A stretch of 64,000 nt of DNA from a virus (Duplodnaviria; Caudoviricetes): IMG/VR virus record IMGVR_UViG_3300048854_000060, positions 6,604-70,603 of that record. One strand, written 5' to 3'. Positions 35,967 through 45,437 of the stretch are shown piece after piece (position 1 is the stretch's first letter; each line of letters begins with the position of its first letter). A model generated the notes under the pieces. That model searched no databases, was not told the origin of the DNA, and saw only the letters and a program-made list of their open reading frames with translations. Made by a program: the position numbers and the translations under genes.

Positions 35967-36347
35967 TCACTCTTCCGGCACTTCATCGCCGTATTTCGTC
36001 GCCACGTATGCGCGCATTGCAGCAATAAGTGGGGCGCTGCCCTTTTGGTGCGCGACGATCATCTGATCCGAGCAATGTGTTGAGCGCCAGGCTCCTTTTC
36101 CATCCGCATATAGGTCAATCAATTCGCGCTCAATAATCGGGCCACCGTGCGACCAGTTGCTGGACGGGCTCCATCTATCGCCGGATGCGTGAACCTCAAA
36201 ACCTGCTGCGTCATGTACCGGGTGAAAGAAAAAACACTCTTCGTCGTAGCCCTCGCCATATTCGGTGAAGCGAACCTTATCGCCGAAACCGAGCGCTTTA
36301 GCGACCCACAGATCCAGTGCAGGGCTAGTCAATTCCGTTACCTTCAT
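35967..36347 (-). CDS. NinX/DUF2591-family protein
   Basis: LD.WVAKA, WSPS.NW..GGPIIERE, PLIAAMR motifs. Confidence 0.8.
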   Translation of the reverse strand: MKVTELTSPALDLWVAKALGFGDKVRFTEYGEGYDEECFFFHPVHDAAGFEVHASGDRWSPSSNWSHGGPIIERELIDLYADGKGAWRSTHCSDQMIVAHQKGSAPLIAAMRAYVATKYGDEVPEE

Positions 36348-36556
36348 TCCCCCTCCAATCCCGTCAAATTAATAAACCGGTAATCCACTCCGTTTTCTGC
36401 TGGCGGCACAACTTCCGGCACCTGCTTATCCCCATTCCTCCGCCTCAAAGTAGGTGCCACATACCGTGGTCGGTGCGTGAGAAGCAAGAGAAGCGGAATA
36501 CCGACTGATAGAACGCCAGCGCCGTAGCAAACAATGCAGAGGATGGCTGTTTTCAT
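36344..36556 (-). CDS. Small membrane protein
   Basis: N-terminal TM; coupled overlaps. Confidence 0.55.
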   Translation of the reverse strand: MKTAILCIVCYGAGVLSVGIPLLLLLTHRPRYVAPTLRRRNGDKQVPEVVPPAENGVDYRFINLTGLEGE

Positions 36557-36684
36557 TTGCTCACCTCAACCGAACAGGTTCCAGCGGGGCCGATGCACAA
36601 CTTGAAATCGATCAGGTTCGCGCTCCCAAGAAGCCAAAGCGCGACGACGATGATGCCGATGCCCTCGAAGATAACGTCGATCAT
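36553..36684 (-). CDS. 43-aa membrane peptide
   Basis: MIDVIFEGIGIIVVALWLLG...; ATGA overlaps at both ends. Confidence 0.5.
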   Translation of the reverse strand: MIDVIFEGIGIIVVALWLLGSANLIDFKLCIGPAGTCSVEVSK

Positions 36685-36926
36685 GATTGATCCTGATAGC
36701 AGGCCGGGCAGCCGTCATGATGAAAATGAAGTGGTTCGCCATGCGGACAAACTGCTTCGCCACACGTAAAGCACTCACCATCCGGGCAGTGCGCGAGCAA
36801 CTTATCGACCATCGCACTGAGCCGATCCCTCTCCGCCGCCACCTTTTCATACTCAGAGTGCAAAACGTAGATGCCGTTAGGGCATTCCATGCTGCTTGTG
36901 CCGTAGCGCTTGACGGGATGGGTCAT
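36681..36926 (-). CDS. Cys/His-rich hypothetical protein
   Basis: C...C..C...C.HG...HFHHDGCPAC. Confidence 0.6.
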   Translation of the reverse strand: MTHPVKRYGTSSMECPNGIYVLHSEYEKVAAERDRLSAMVDKLLAHCPDGECFTCGEAVCPHGEPLHFHHDGCPACYQDQS

Positions 36927-37378
36927 GCTTCGCTCCTTGCCGCGTCCATCTGTGCTCGCACATCCTCCGGAACATTCCATCCCGCCACAGACCAGCATTC
37001 GCACATATCCGGGTATCTCGCTTCAACGGCACGCACAAGGGATTTCTCATGGTCTCGGAAAGCTTGCCACGCAGCATCGCGTACAGCCTTCTTGGGCTCG
37101 ATCGATAGATGAAACGACTCCTTGGTTCGCCTCAGTTTTTCGTGCAATTCATCTATCTCGCGCAGAATTGCATCCTCTGCATCGAGCATATTTCTGCGCT
37201 CCCTCTCTAGCGCGGCGCCTGCAATATCCCGACGACTTGCGAATTCCGACTTTTCAGCCAGCGACTTTGCAGCATCAAGCTGGTTCCGATACTCGCGTCG
37301 ACGCGCGGCGAAAGCGCGGTCTCGGACTTTCTGCGCTGCCTTGTTCGCGGCCTTTTGCTCCGGTGTAAGTTTGCTCAC
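36923..37378 (-). CDS. Hypothetical coiled-coil protein
   Basis: ORF with coupled overlaps. Confidence 0.6.
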   Translation of the reverse strand: MSKLTPEQKAANKAAQKVRDRAFAARRREYRNQLDAAKSLAEKSEFASRRDIAGAALERERRNMLDAEDAILREIDELHEKLRRTKESFHLSIEPKKAVRDAAWQAFRDHEKSLVRAVEARYPDMCECWSVAGWNVPEDVRAQMDAARSEA

Positions 37379-37992
37379 GCTGCCTCCTTTCGTTGTTCAA
37401 TCCGCCGCTCCAACCTGCGAGCCTTTTTGTTCATCACCTTCTTGAGCCGTTGCAAGTACTCGATCGACCATTTGGCCGTCCACTGCATCGATTCGATCTC
37501 TTCAACGCGGTTGATGCCGATTCGCTCAACGAGACCTTTCCTGTAGTTGACGGCCGAACCTCCCAATTCACGGTTACAGCGGGTGCATTGGGCCGCCAAA
37601 TTCGGCAAAAAGTACCTTAAGTGCGGCGCGCTCCCGACTGACCTATAGTGTCCAGCGTCCATCGTCCCGCCGAACTTCTGCTGCGGCCTGGCGCCACACG
37701 AAATGCATCCATGTCCCGCCAGAATGTCCCGCAGCCTCGCCACCTTGTTGACGACCGCCTGGCATTCGGCAATCCATTCGCGGCGCGTCTTGAGCTTGGC
37801 TTTGCGCTCTGCGAGCGACTTCCTCTCCTCGCGATTGGCTCGGGCGGCTTTCTGCGCTTTCTGCTTTTCCGTCAGAGCGATTGCGCAGGGAACGGAGCAG
37901 GCTTGCTGCATGCTGCGCGCGGGCTCGAACACAACTCCGCATGACCGGCATTTCTTTTTCCTTGGCACACGGTTCAATTTCGCTCTCTCCAC
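37375..37992 (-). CDS. ninG: NinG/Rap-family endonuclease
   Basis: CRSC, CISCG, DAGHYRSVGSAPHLR, QC..CN motifs. Confidence 0.9.
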   Translation of the reverse strand: MERAKLNRVPRKKKCRSCGVVFEPARSMQQACSVPCAIALTEKQKAQKAARANREERKSLAERKAKLKTRREWIAECQAVVNKVARLRDILAGHGCISCGARPQQKFGGTMDAGHYRSVGSAPHLRYFLPNLAAQCTRCNRELGGSAVNYRKGLVERIGINRVEEIESMQWTAKWSIEYLQRLKKVMNKKARRLERRIEQRKEAA

Positions 37993-38104
37993 ATTTCCGC
38001 AAGCATGAGCACCAGATAGACGGCAGTACTGCCCATAGCAAACGGCATAGACATGTGCGGCGAACACGTGATCACCAGCAGGATTGTGTATAGCTGGCTG
38101 TTTT

Positions 38105-38524
38105 TCATGCCGCACCTCGCGCCAACTCGTCATATCCCTGCGGCGCTGGATCAGACCACTTCACGTCTCGCTCAGCACCGAAGGCGTACATGAGTTCGAC
38201 CAGATCGCTCATCTCGCGAATCGTCATGTTTCGCGTGCGAGCGCCGATCACAACAAAGCCGCCATCGATCCCGGGAACGGCTTTCTGCTTCTTCAGCGCC
38301 GCCGTCAAAACGTCTTTCCACTCTTCGGACGTAAGATGCTGACCGTACCATTCGACTTGACGCGAAACATCGGCCAGCATCGCCCACATCTTGGCGTTCT
38401 GATCGAGCGACCGCGTGCGTGGCTTGATTTCGCACACAAACCCGTCAGGCGCGTTGATGACAGCCCGGCTTGCCATCTGGCGGGCAGTCGGATGAACTAG
38501 GCGGAAGACTTGTTTGTCGCTCAT
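38105..38524 (-). CDS. ninB: NinB/Orf recombination protein
   Basis: RSLDQNAKMWAML.DVS.QV.W.G motif. Confidence 0.88.
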   Translation of the reverse strand: MSDKQVFRLVHPTARQMASRAVINAPDGFVCEIKPRTRSLDQNAKMWAMLADVSRQVEWYGQHLTSEEWKDVLTAALKKQKAVPGIDGGFVVIGARTRNMTIREMSDLVELMYAFGAERDVKWSDPAPQGYDELARGAA

Positions 38525-38799
38525 GTTTCCGCCTTCAGATACGCAATAGCCTGAAGGCAGTCCGCACGGCTCTTCTCCGGCGTCGCTTTGGCATAGCTGA
38601 TACCCGCCTGCCAATCCCGCCCTGCCATCATCTCGGCAGCAATTTCGACGATGCATTCATAGCGATCCCGCCGGCTACGAGAACAACTCTTCAGCGTTCC
38701 GTCATAGCTAAGCGTGGCCGCATGCACCGAAGCCAGGTAGGAGGCGACGCGCATCCAGTAATCGCGCTCACGTTCGATCTTTTTGAGTTCGTCGCTCAC
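38521..38799 (-). CDS. Hypothetical protein
   Basis: ORF track; coupled overlaps. Confidence 0.6.
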   Translation of the reverse strand: MSDELKKIERERDYWMRVASYLASVHAATLSYDGTLKSCSRSRRDRYECIVEIAAEMMAGRDWQAGISYAKATPEKSRADCLQAIAYLKAET

Positions 38800-39464
38800 G
38801 AGAACATCTCCGTCATATTGATAATCGTCAGCGCCCGGTTAAACACGGCGCCCGTGTCGATGAACCTGACATTGCCGAGCGTCGTCATACGCTGCATTGG
38901 AGTGTGGCCAACGATCAACTCAACGAGATCCGGCACGCCGTCATCGCGCTCGTGGGTAACGCGGTCCCGGCTCCACATGCACATGTTGCCGATCGCTTCA
39001 AGCTGGTATCCATCGTCGACGGCCGCACGGAAGTCGGCCCATGTCGCGTGCGGGCAATCTGCGTGTACGATGCCCACCAGACCTTGCGGAAAGTCGATGT
39101 CAATGCCGAGCGGCATGCACGAGAATGCGTCGGCGTACTGCTGGCGCACGAATGGCGGGTTACTTATGTTCCAGCCACCGCCATTGGCGTTGTAGCCGTG
39201 CGGATCGAGGTGTCCAGCAGCCCAATCAATTGCCATTTGCTCGTGATTGCCCCGAACCGCGTGAAACCACGGCTCTGCGAGCCAGTCGAGAGCCTCATCG
39301 GATTTCGGCCCGCGATCGACGAGATCTCCCACTGAGAACAGGCGATTCTTCGCCGGATCGAATTTGACCTCAGTCAGCACCATGCGCAGCTTGTCGAACT
39401 CACCATGAATATCGCCGACTGCGAAGTCGCGGCCTAGTGCGTTTATGCCGAAATGTTCAATCAC
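38796..39464 (-). CDS. Ser/Thr protein phosphatase (lambda NinI/PrpA-like)
   Basis: GDIHG, GDLVDRGP, GNHE, GHTP, IDTG motifs. Confidence 0.93.
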   Translation of the reverse strand: MIEHFGINALGRDFAVGDIHGEFDKLRMVLTEVKFDPAKNRLFSVGDLVDRGPKSDEALDWLAEPWFHAVRGNHEQMAIDWAAGHLDPHGYNANGGGWNISNPPFVRQQYADAFSCMPLGIDIDFPQGLVGIVHADCPHATWADFRAAVDDGYQLEAIGNMCMWSRDRVTHERDDGVPDLVELIVGHTPMQRMTTLGNVRFIDTGAVFNRALTIINMTEMFS

Positions 39465-40048
39465 GATTGCCCCTCATGCGCCAGAAACTCAGCATTCAAC
39501 TCAGCGCGCAGCGCATCAAACACCTTCAGGTGCAGCGCTGTGACGTCACCGTCATTAACCAGTCGGCGCATGGTTTCGTAGTAGCCGGATAGCGCAGTTT
39601 CGGAACGATGTTCAGGAATCGACGAGCCACCATGTTCCGGCCGAACAATGCGCCACACGACACCGCCCATCTTTTGCACCGCTGCCAACTCGTTGGGAAA
39701 TCGGCAGTCATCTACGACGACGAGTTGCCCGGAATTGATATACGCCGCCGCGTCTTCCTGCCACAGCCCAGCCCAGAAGTTGACGCCGATATGGTCGCGG
39801 CCCCATTCCGTGCCCAGCGTTACCATTGCGTGCCGGGGCGTCTTACCGCACAACAGATCGCACGGTACTTCTTTGCGCGACCCTTCGATTTCCTCGTCGT
39901 CAAGTCCGATCGCGCGCAGCATGGTCTTCAGCGGGCCGGCGAACTTGACGAGCCGGTAGCTGTGCACTTTCATCAAGTACTCGGCCACGGTCGATTTGCC
40001 AGCGCCAGCGTTACCCACCAGGGCGATGATTTGGGGAAGGTCTCTCAT
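39461..40048 (-). CDS. Deoxynucleoside monophosphate kinase
   Basis: G.AGAGKST P-loop; TPR..M..LGTEWGR; DD.RF.NE; H.SE. Confidence 0.88.
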   Translation of the reverse strand: MRDLPQIIALVGNAGAGKSTVAEYLMKVHSYRLVKFAGPLKTMLRAIGLDDEEIEGSRKEVPCDLLCGKTPRHAMVTLGTEWGRDHIGVNFWAGLWQEDAAAYINSGQLVVVDDCRFPNELAAVQKMGGVVWRIVRPEHGGSSIPEHRSETALSGYYETMRRLVNDGDVTALHLKVFDALRAELNAEFLAHEGQS

Positions 40049-40380
40049 GCTGCCTCCGCTGCTGAATTGATTTTGGTTTGACAAAATACCCAGCCGATGA
40101 AATAGACGATCGCCAGTGCCACCATGCCCGTATAGATCGACAGCCCAATCACGAGGACAGTTGATGCACATGCATATGCTCGAAAAATCATTCCTTGTCG
40201 CCTCTTAGTTTGGAACGCCTTCGTGTCGGCGAAGAGGCCGACCAACAGAAGTAGCAGCGCGAACGTCCAAAGCACGAACATCAGAAAGGTCCTGGCCTGC
40301 GGAATTCCCGCCAATTGCCAGGCATAAAAGCAGCCAAAGATCAGAGTGTCAGTGGCGAATGCGTAGATCCATTTATTCAT
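40045..40380 (-). CDS. Membrane protein
   Basis: 3-4 hydrophobic segments. Confidence 0.65.
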   Translation of the reverse strand: MNKWIYAFATDTLIFGCFYAWQLAGIPQARTFLMFVLWTFALLLLLVGLFADTKAFQTKRRQGMIFRAYACASTVLVIGLSIYTGMVALAIVYFIGWVFCQTKINSAAEAA

Positions 40381-40994
40381 GCCTGCTCCTTGTCCAGTCC
40401 GAGATAGGTGCGCCAGTAGACTTTGCCTTCCGGCGTCTTGAAGCCCCAGCTATTCGTGCGGGAGCCCATTGCAAAAATTGACCGTGCGATCGTGTTGGGC
40501 GGCAAAATCAAGCGATGGAAGTCAGCAGCCTTACGGAAGATCACCGCACCCGGGCCACGCCAGTAAATGCCGAATCGCTCATAGCACTCATGCATCCGGG
40601 TTTCAGCCGGATCAACGGTGCCGCTCGCCATCGCCGCCAGTAACAGGGCGTATGTCGGAAGGTATTTGTTCGCGTATTCGGTCGGCTCGAATACTTCCCA
40701 ATAACCGCCCTCCAGGACGATCGAGATTGACCACGAGGGATGGTCATGCAGATGTCGATCGGAGTCGCTGCGCAAGATCGTGTGAGCGCGAACGGCGATG
40801 TTGCGGCACACCCAACGATAGAGCGCTGACGACTTAGGCCAAAAACCTGCGTTCCACAGCGGGTTGTCCCCGTTGCGCTCAGGGCTGCGATAACCTAGAA
40901 CCCAATCGCGCAGCATGTAACCCTCGAGATCGTAGTAGGGCGTGCAGCGGGCTCGCTCGTGCAACCACAGCAGAGGTTTAACCAGCAACTTCAT
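40377..40994 (-). CDS. Cupin-like hypothetical protein
   Basis: H.I..SD.DRHLHDHP.W..S..L.GGY.E and FHRL motifs. Confidence 0.6.
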   Translation of the reverse strand: MKLLVKPLLWLHERARCTPYYDLEGYMLRDWVLGYRSPERNGDNPLWNAGFWPKSSALYRWVCRNIAVRAHTILRSDSDRHLHDHPSWSISIVLEGGYWEVFEPTEYANKYLPTYALLLAAMASGTVDPAETRMHECYERFGIYWRGPGAVIFRKAADFHRLILPPNTIARSIFAMGSRTNSWGFKTPEGKVYWRTYLGLDKEQA

Positions 40995-41172
40995 TCGTGG
41001 CCTCCTTCTCTTCCTTAGTAGTGTTGTGGGCTAGAGCGCGACGCTGCGCGTCCTGCAGGATCCGGCAGAATTTGTCGACCGAGCAAAAGATCCCGGCATT
41101 CGCCATGATGTCGATCATTTCGCGGTGGCTGAGACCAATGACGAGCTGGGTTGGGGCGGGTAGGGTAGTCAT
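40978..41172 (-). CDS. Hypothetical protein
   Basis: 64-aa ORF, ATGA overlap with MTase stop. Confidence 0.5.
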   Translation of the reverse strand: MTTLPAPTQLVIGLSHREMIDIMANAGIFCSVDKFCRILQDAQRRALAHNTTKEEKEATNEVAG

Positions 41173-42239
41173 GCAACCTCCAACATCAAGCCGGTCTGAC
41201 GAAGACGGTCTTTCTGCAATGGCTGATAGTCTCGATTCAATTCGCACCCCACAAAACGCCGACCAAGATTGGATGAGACTTGCCCGACCGTTCCAGAGCC
41301 GAAGAAAGGATCAAGTACAGAGTCGCCAGGACGGCTCCCAGCCATCACGCAGCGCGCGGCAATCTCTTCGGGCATAACTGCGAAGTGCGCACCGTCATAT
41401 CCCGTTGGCGGGACGAACCAGACGTCGCGCATCATTGCTGGCATGCTTTGCTGTTCTTCCTTGCTCATCGCATCCCAGCGTTCATTGAACCCCGCATGCT
41501 GGCGAGAATGGCCGCGCTGTTTGTCCGAGCCCGATACCGCCTTCATCGTGCCGTTTGTTTTTCCTCCCCCATTGGCTCGATGACTGCCCCGCTGGGCTTG
41601 GGTGTCTTGCGCGAGCCGGACCAGCGATGATTCTCGCGGAGGCGTTTTTATCGCATCGAAGTCGCTGAAATATTGCGCGTTCTTTGCGAGCAGAAACACA
41701 TGCTCATGGGAGGATGTGGGGCGATCCGACTGACTTCCCGGCATCCCATTTGGCTTGGCCCAGATAACATCGGAGCGCAGATACCAACCATCGGCCCGCA
41801 ATGCGAACGCCAGCATCCACGGAATTCCGATCAGGTCTTTTGGCTTGATCCCGGAGTCGGGAAAGCCATTCCTCGCTGGCGATGCAGTGCCATGCTTTTG
41901 CTCGAGATCCGGGCGTGCCGCGTTCGTGTCTGCGCCTCGTCCGCGTGCACCCCGCGAGCCCGCGTAACTGTCGCCGATGTTCAACCACAGAGTGCCGTCG
42001 TCTGCTAGAAGGTCGCGTGCTGCGCGGAACACGTCGACCATGCGGGAGATGTATTCGTCGGGTGTGTCTTCCAGTCCGATTTCTAGACTCTTGTTGGGGC
42101 TTTCATCTGGCAGGTATGAGCGCAGCCCAAAGTACGGCGGCGACGTGACGATCGTCTGTACCTTCACGCCGTCAGCGATCATTGCGCGCATCGTGTCGCG
42201 GCAGTCGCCAAAGTGACACTTGTCAATCCACTGTTTCAT
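41169..42239 (-). CDS. Orphan amino-methyltransferase, beta class (probably N4-cytosine)
   Basis: TSPPY near N-terminus; DPFFGSGT near C-terminus. Confidence 0.9.
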   Translation of the reverse strand: MKQWIDKCHFGDCRDTMRAMIADGVKVQTIVTSPPYFGLRSYLPDESPNKSLEIGLEDTPDEYISRMVDVFRAARDLLADDGTLWLNIGDSYAGSRGARGRGADTNAARPDLEQKHGTASPARNGFPDSGIKPKDLIGIPWMLAFALRADGWYLRSDVIWAKPNGMPGSQSDRPTSSHEHVFLLAKNAQYFSDFDAIKTPPRESSLVRLAQDTQAQRGSHRANGGGKTNGTMKAVSGSDKQRGHSRQHAGFNERWDAMSKEEQQSMPAMMRDVWFVPPTGYDGAHFAVMPEEIAARCVMAGSRPGDSVLDPFFGSGTVGQVSSNLGRRFVGCELNRDYQPLQKDRLRQTGLMLEVA

Positions 42240-42424
42240 TCCATGCCCCCAATTTCGCGCCAAACGTCATGCTCAAGAATCTCCGAGCCCCGAACCACCT
42301 TCCATTCATCTTCGTATCGGATCTGTTCGGCCTCTTCCAGCAGTGAGCCGTCTTTGAATCGCCGCTCGACCTCAAACCAGCCGTCGCGCTCTGGCGGCGT
42401 TGCGCATGTTTTCCAGGCGGTCAT
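42236..42424 (-). CDS. Hypothetical protein
   Basis: ORF track; coupled. Confidence 0.5.
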   Translation of the reverse strand: MTAWKTCATPPERDGWFEVERRFKDGSLLEEAEQIRYEDEWKVVRGSEILEHDVWREIGGME

Positions 42425-42972
42425 TAAGCGGCCTCCCTTTCATGGTCGTCCCAGAGGTGGTGGTAAATGCGACCAGATTCACCATTCGGTGCCTCAACAA
42501 GCCCGAGTGCGGCTGCGAAAGGATTTCGTTTCTTTTCGCTCTTGGCCTTGCGAATGCTCAAAGGACAAGGGGCATCCGGTTCATTTCCGTAGGCATATAT
42601 CGGCGTGCGCTGACCGCCGGTTTGTCGAGGGGGCATCCGGTCGACGATGTACAGTTCTTTCCGGTGCAGGCTGATAAGTTCCGCGACCCGCTGCTGAGTA
42701 ACGTTCAGTCGAACGACAAGTTCATTCACCGTCAACTGTTCAGCCTGCAAGATGGTCTTCATCCGATCCCATGTGGGAGTAGGGCGATACTCGCCGTGGC
42801 GAGGCGGTCGCAAGAGTTGCAGTTCCTTGGTTGCACGACACCTGATTGCCGACCACGAATGGCGGGGGAGTGCCGCACAAATCTCTTCTCGCGAAAGGGT
42901 GGTGCCGTAGTGCAGGCGAAGAATCCGGTCTTCGCTGACCATCCATTCGGCGTGTGATTTTTTTCCAGGCAT
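42424..42972 (-). CDS. Putative DNA-binding protein (Myb-like plus HTH)
   Basis: W...ED..L..HY and T..EL...L motifs. Confidence 0.55.
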   Translation of the reverse strand: MPGKKSHAEWMVSEDRILRLHYGTTLSREEICAALPRHSWSAIRCRATKELQLLRPPRHGEYRPTPTWDRMKTILQAEQLTVNELVVRLNVTQQRVAELISLHRKELYIVDRMPPRQTGGQRTPIYAYGNEPDAPCPLSIRKAKSEKKRNPFAAALGLVEAPNGESGRIYHHLWDDHEREAA

Positions 42973-43448
42973 TAGGATGCCTCCCCATGCTTCCAGTACT
43001 CCCGCTCGACAATCTTCGTTGCGGCATCCACTTCGCCAATCGTCGCCATGCGGAGCTGCTGGCCCCAAAGTGCGATCGCTTCTTCGACCGCCACCTGGTC
43101 GGCGTGCGAGACAAACCCCAACTTGCCGGTCGCCTCGTATCCTGGAATCATGCGGCGCATGGCTTCATGTGCTGCGTTGAACGTATCGAGTGCTTCGGCG
43201 CCGAGGCCACCTTTGGCAAACAGCCACCCCTGATTCAGGCAGTTAGCCAAAGTGTCCCATTGACTTTTCTGGCCATAGCCACGCGTCACTGCATCCAGTG
43301 AAGTCAATGCCGCCATTTCAAACTCGCCGGCAAACGCCTCATTGACGTCCTGACGCAAGACCTTGAATCGCTCGAGCGCGATCATGCAGGCGTTCGGGTT
43401 GACCATGCGCGGGCGGTAGGCCTTGCGCGGTTTCTGAGATTTCGACAT
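42972..43448 (-). CDS. Hypothetical phage protein
   Basis: MSKSQKPRKAYRPR start with RBS. Confidence 0.65.
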   Translation of the reverse strand: MSKSQKPRKAYRPRMVNPNACMIALERFKVLRQDVNEAFAGEFEMAALTSLDAVTRGYGQKSQWDTLANCLNQGWLFAKGGLGAEALDTFNAAHEAMRRMIPGYEATGKLGFVSHADQVAVEEAIALWGQQLRMATIGEVDAATKIVEREYWKHGEAS

Positions 43449-43459
43449 TGCTTCCCCCT

Positions 43460-43810
43460 TCAGAACTCTTCGACGGCCCATCCGCCGCCATCCTTTTTTG
43501 CCTTGGCCTTAACGGCCACGAACCGGAACGGGTACTGATCGGCTGCGATCTTGATCTTTGCCCGCGCATCGTCTTGCCAGAACCCCTTTACTTCGTGACA
43601 CTCCATCGCGCCGTCAGACAACATCACCGCGAAATCCGGCGTGTAGAACGTGTTGTCCGCGAGTCGGAGCTTCACGCCTTCGAACCGATACCACGCGATT
43701 TCTCCAGCATGTTTGCGATCTGCAAGAGCCTTGTCGTACGCGGCTTCAGTCTTGTTCATCGTGCCGGCCTTCAGCCGTCCAAGGGCTTGCATAGATTTGA
43801 GGCCGCTCAT
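43460..43810 (-). CDS. PD-(D/E)xK endonuclease (DUF1064-like)
   Basis: YTPDF...HEVKG motif. Confidence 0.85.
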   Translation of the reverse strand: MSGLKSMQALGRLKAGTMNKTEAAYDKALADRKHAGEIAWYRFEGVKLRLADNTFYTPDFAVMLSDGAMECHEVKGFWQDDARAKIKIAADQYPFRFVAVKAKAKKDGGGWAVEEF

Positions 43811-44064
43811 GCATCCACCGTTTCTTCAAGTTCGCCCACATAGGGGTGAGCAATGCCATGAGTTGCGCAGAAAACAGCCAGTCCGCGCCCATGATCTTCG
43901 TCGTAACCGGCTCTGTGAGCTGCAGCCAGCGATGACAGGTAGTGAGTGAACTCCGCCGGCGACTCTCGCAGCGCCGTCTTGACGTAATCCTTCATGCGCT
44001 GTCCCCACGTGTAGTACCAGGACAGATACTTGAGGTCTTCCAGCATTTTTGGCGTGATCTTCAT
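43807..44064 (-). CDS. Hypothetical protein
   Basis: ORF track. Confidence 0.55.
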   Translation of the reverse strand: MKITPKMLEDLKYLSWYYTWGQRMKDYVKTALRESPAEFTHYLSSLAAAHRAGYDEDHGRGLAVFCATHGIAHPYVGELEETVDA

Positions 44065-44066
44065 TT

Positions 44067-45026
44067 TCAGAAATCCTCCAGGCTGACGGCCGCACCGTCG
44101 ACCGGATATTTCCGTGGGAGTTGTCCCCGGTGCTCGACGTACTGCATGGACGCCACGTCAAACCAGAATCCGAAGACGCCTTCGTAATCCCCATTTCGCT
44201 GCTTCTCAATCGAGAGGTAGCAGTCCGGCTCACCCATCACCAGATCGGCTTCGTCTCGCTTCAGCTTCAACTTCTCGCTGCCGACCGCCTCTTTGCGCTT
44301 GTTGCGCCATACGATGAATAGGTTGTCTGCCAGATCGGTAATCGATCCGCTACCTTTAATGTCGAACTTGCCGGGCCGTTCGTACTCGGTGCCACCTTTC
44401 TTGACGTGTGCAATCAGATGGACATGGGTTCCTGTGTCCTGGGCGATCGCCGTCAGCGCATTAACGAAGTCCTTCTGGCCGTTGTAATCGTCATCACCCG
44501 GTACACACTTCATCAGGTTGTCGATAACGAAGTGCTGGATGCCGTAGGTTTCGACCGCATAGCGGACCACCGCGAGCATCTTGGCGGGCTTGACGCTGCC
44601 CGTATGGTCGTAGAGCCACAGGCGGTCATCGGTCCAGCTATGCATGCTACGTATGAACTCGGCATCGGGCCTTGCGTCGCCGGCCGCCTGGCGGACCATG
44701 CGCAGCATCGTTTTCTCTGGCTTCATTTCGAGCGATGCGATGCACACACGCTGGTTTTGCAGACAAAGATCAAGTGCCACTTGGCTCGTCAGCATTGACT
44801 TTCCGTGCCCGTTGATGCCGCCCCAGATAGTCAACTCGCCCGTGCGGAAAGCGAACCGGCCTTCGCATTTCTCCCAGCCCAACTCAACCAGCGGGGCAGT
44901 ACTACGCGCATACAGCGCGTCGACTACTCCTTGCGCCCACTCGCTGGCGGGGCGAATTTTATGAACGTCTTCCGGCTCCGACATGTAGTCGGACAGATTG
45001 ATGGTTGCGCCGTCGATTACTTGCAT
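44067..45026 (-). CDS. SF4 (DnaB/T7 gp4-like) replicative helicase
   Basis: GINGHGKS Walker A, IDNL, HVKK, IKGSGSITDLADN. Confidence 0.92.
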   Translation of the reverse strand: MQVIDGATINLSDYMSEPEDVHKIRPASEWAQGVVDALYARSTAPLVELGWEKCEGRFAFRTGELTIWGGINGHGKSMLTSQVALDLCLQNQRVCIASLEMKPEKTMLRMVRQAAGDARPDAEFIRSMHSWTDDRLWLYDHTGSVKPAKMLAVVRYAVETYGIQHFVIDNLMKCVPGDDDYNGQKDFVNALTAIAQDTGTHVHLIAHVKKGGTEYERPGKFDIKGSGSITDLADNLFIVWRNKRKEAVGSEKLKLKRDEADLVMGEPDCYLSIEKQRNGDYEGVFGFWFDVASMQYVEHRGQLPRKYPVDGAAVSLEDF

Positions 45027-45437
45027 TCAAAACCCCATCTTCACGAATTCGCGGGTCTGCCAGGCGAACCACGGCAGCAACTCAATACCCATTGTTTTGT
45101 TCGTCAACTTCCGGTGCGAATCGGCATACTTTTCGGGAAAGTCGAAATACACCTGAGCGCCCGTCTTCAATTCCACATCCCACAACGAAAGCGTCTTCGG
45201 ACGTTCGTTGCGGATTGCCTTCAGTTGCTGGGCTACTGTCTGGCCCTGACGGGCAAATGCGATCAAGTCGAGTCCCACAACCCAACGCCAGTCGTATTCG
45301 CGCTCCGGCTTTGCGTACACCGTGGCCCCGTTGTCCTCGTTCTCGATTCGGCCGATGAACGAGATCAGAACCCATTGCGCCGGCTGCTTCCCATGCTTGC
45401 GCATCTCGACGATCTGACTGGCGTTTGCAGCAATCAC
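45027..45437 (-). CDS. Hypothetical protein in replication module
   Basis: Between initiator and helicase. Confidence 0.65.
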   Translation of the reverse strand: MIAANASQIVEMRKHGKQPAQWVLISFIGRIENEDNGATVYAKPEREYDWRWVVGLDLIAFARQGQTVAQQLKAIRNERPKTLSLWDVELKTGAQVYFDFPEKYADSHRKLTNKTMGIELLPWFAWQTREFVKMGF

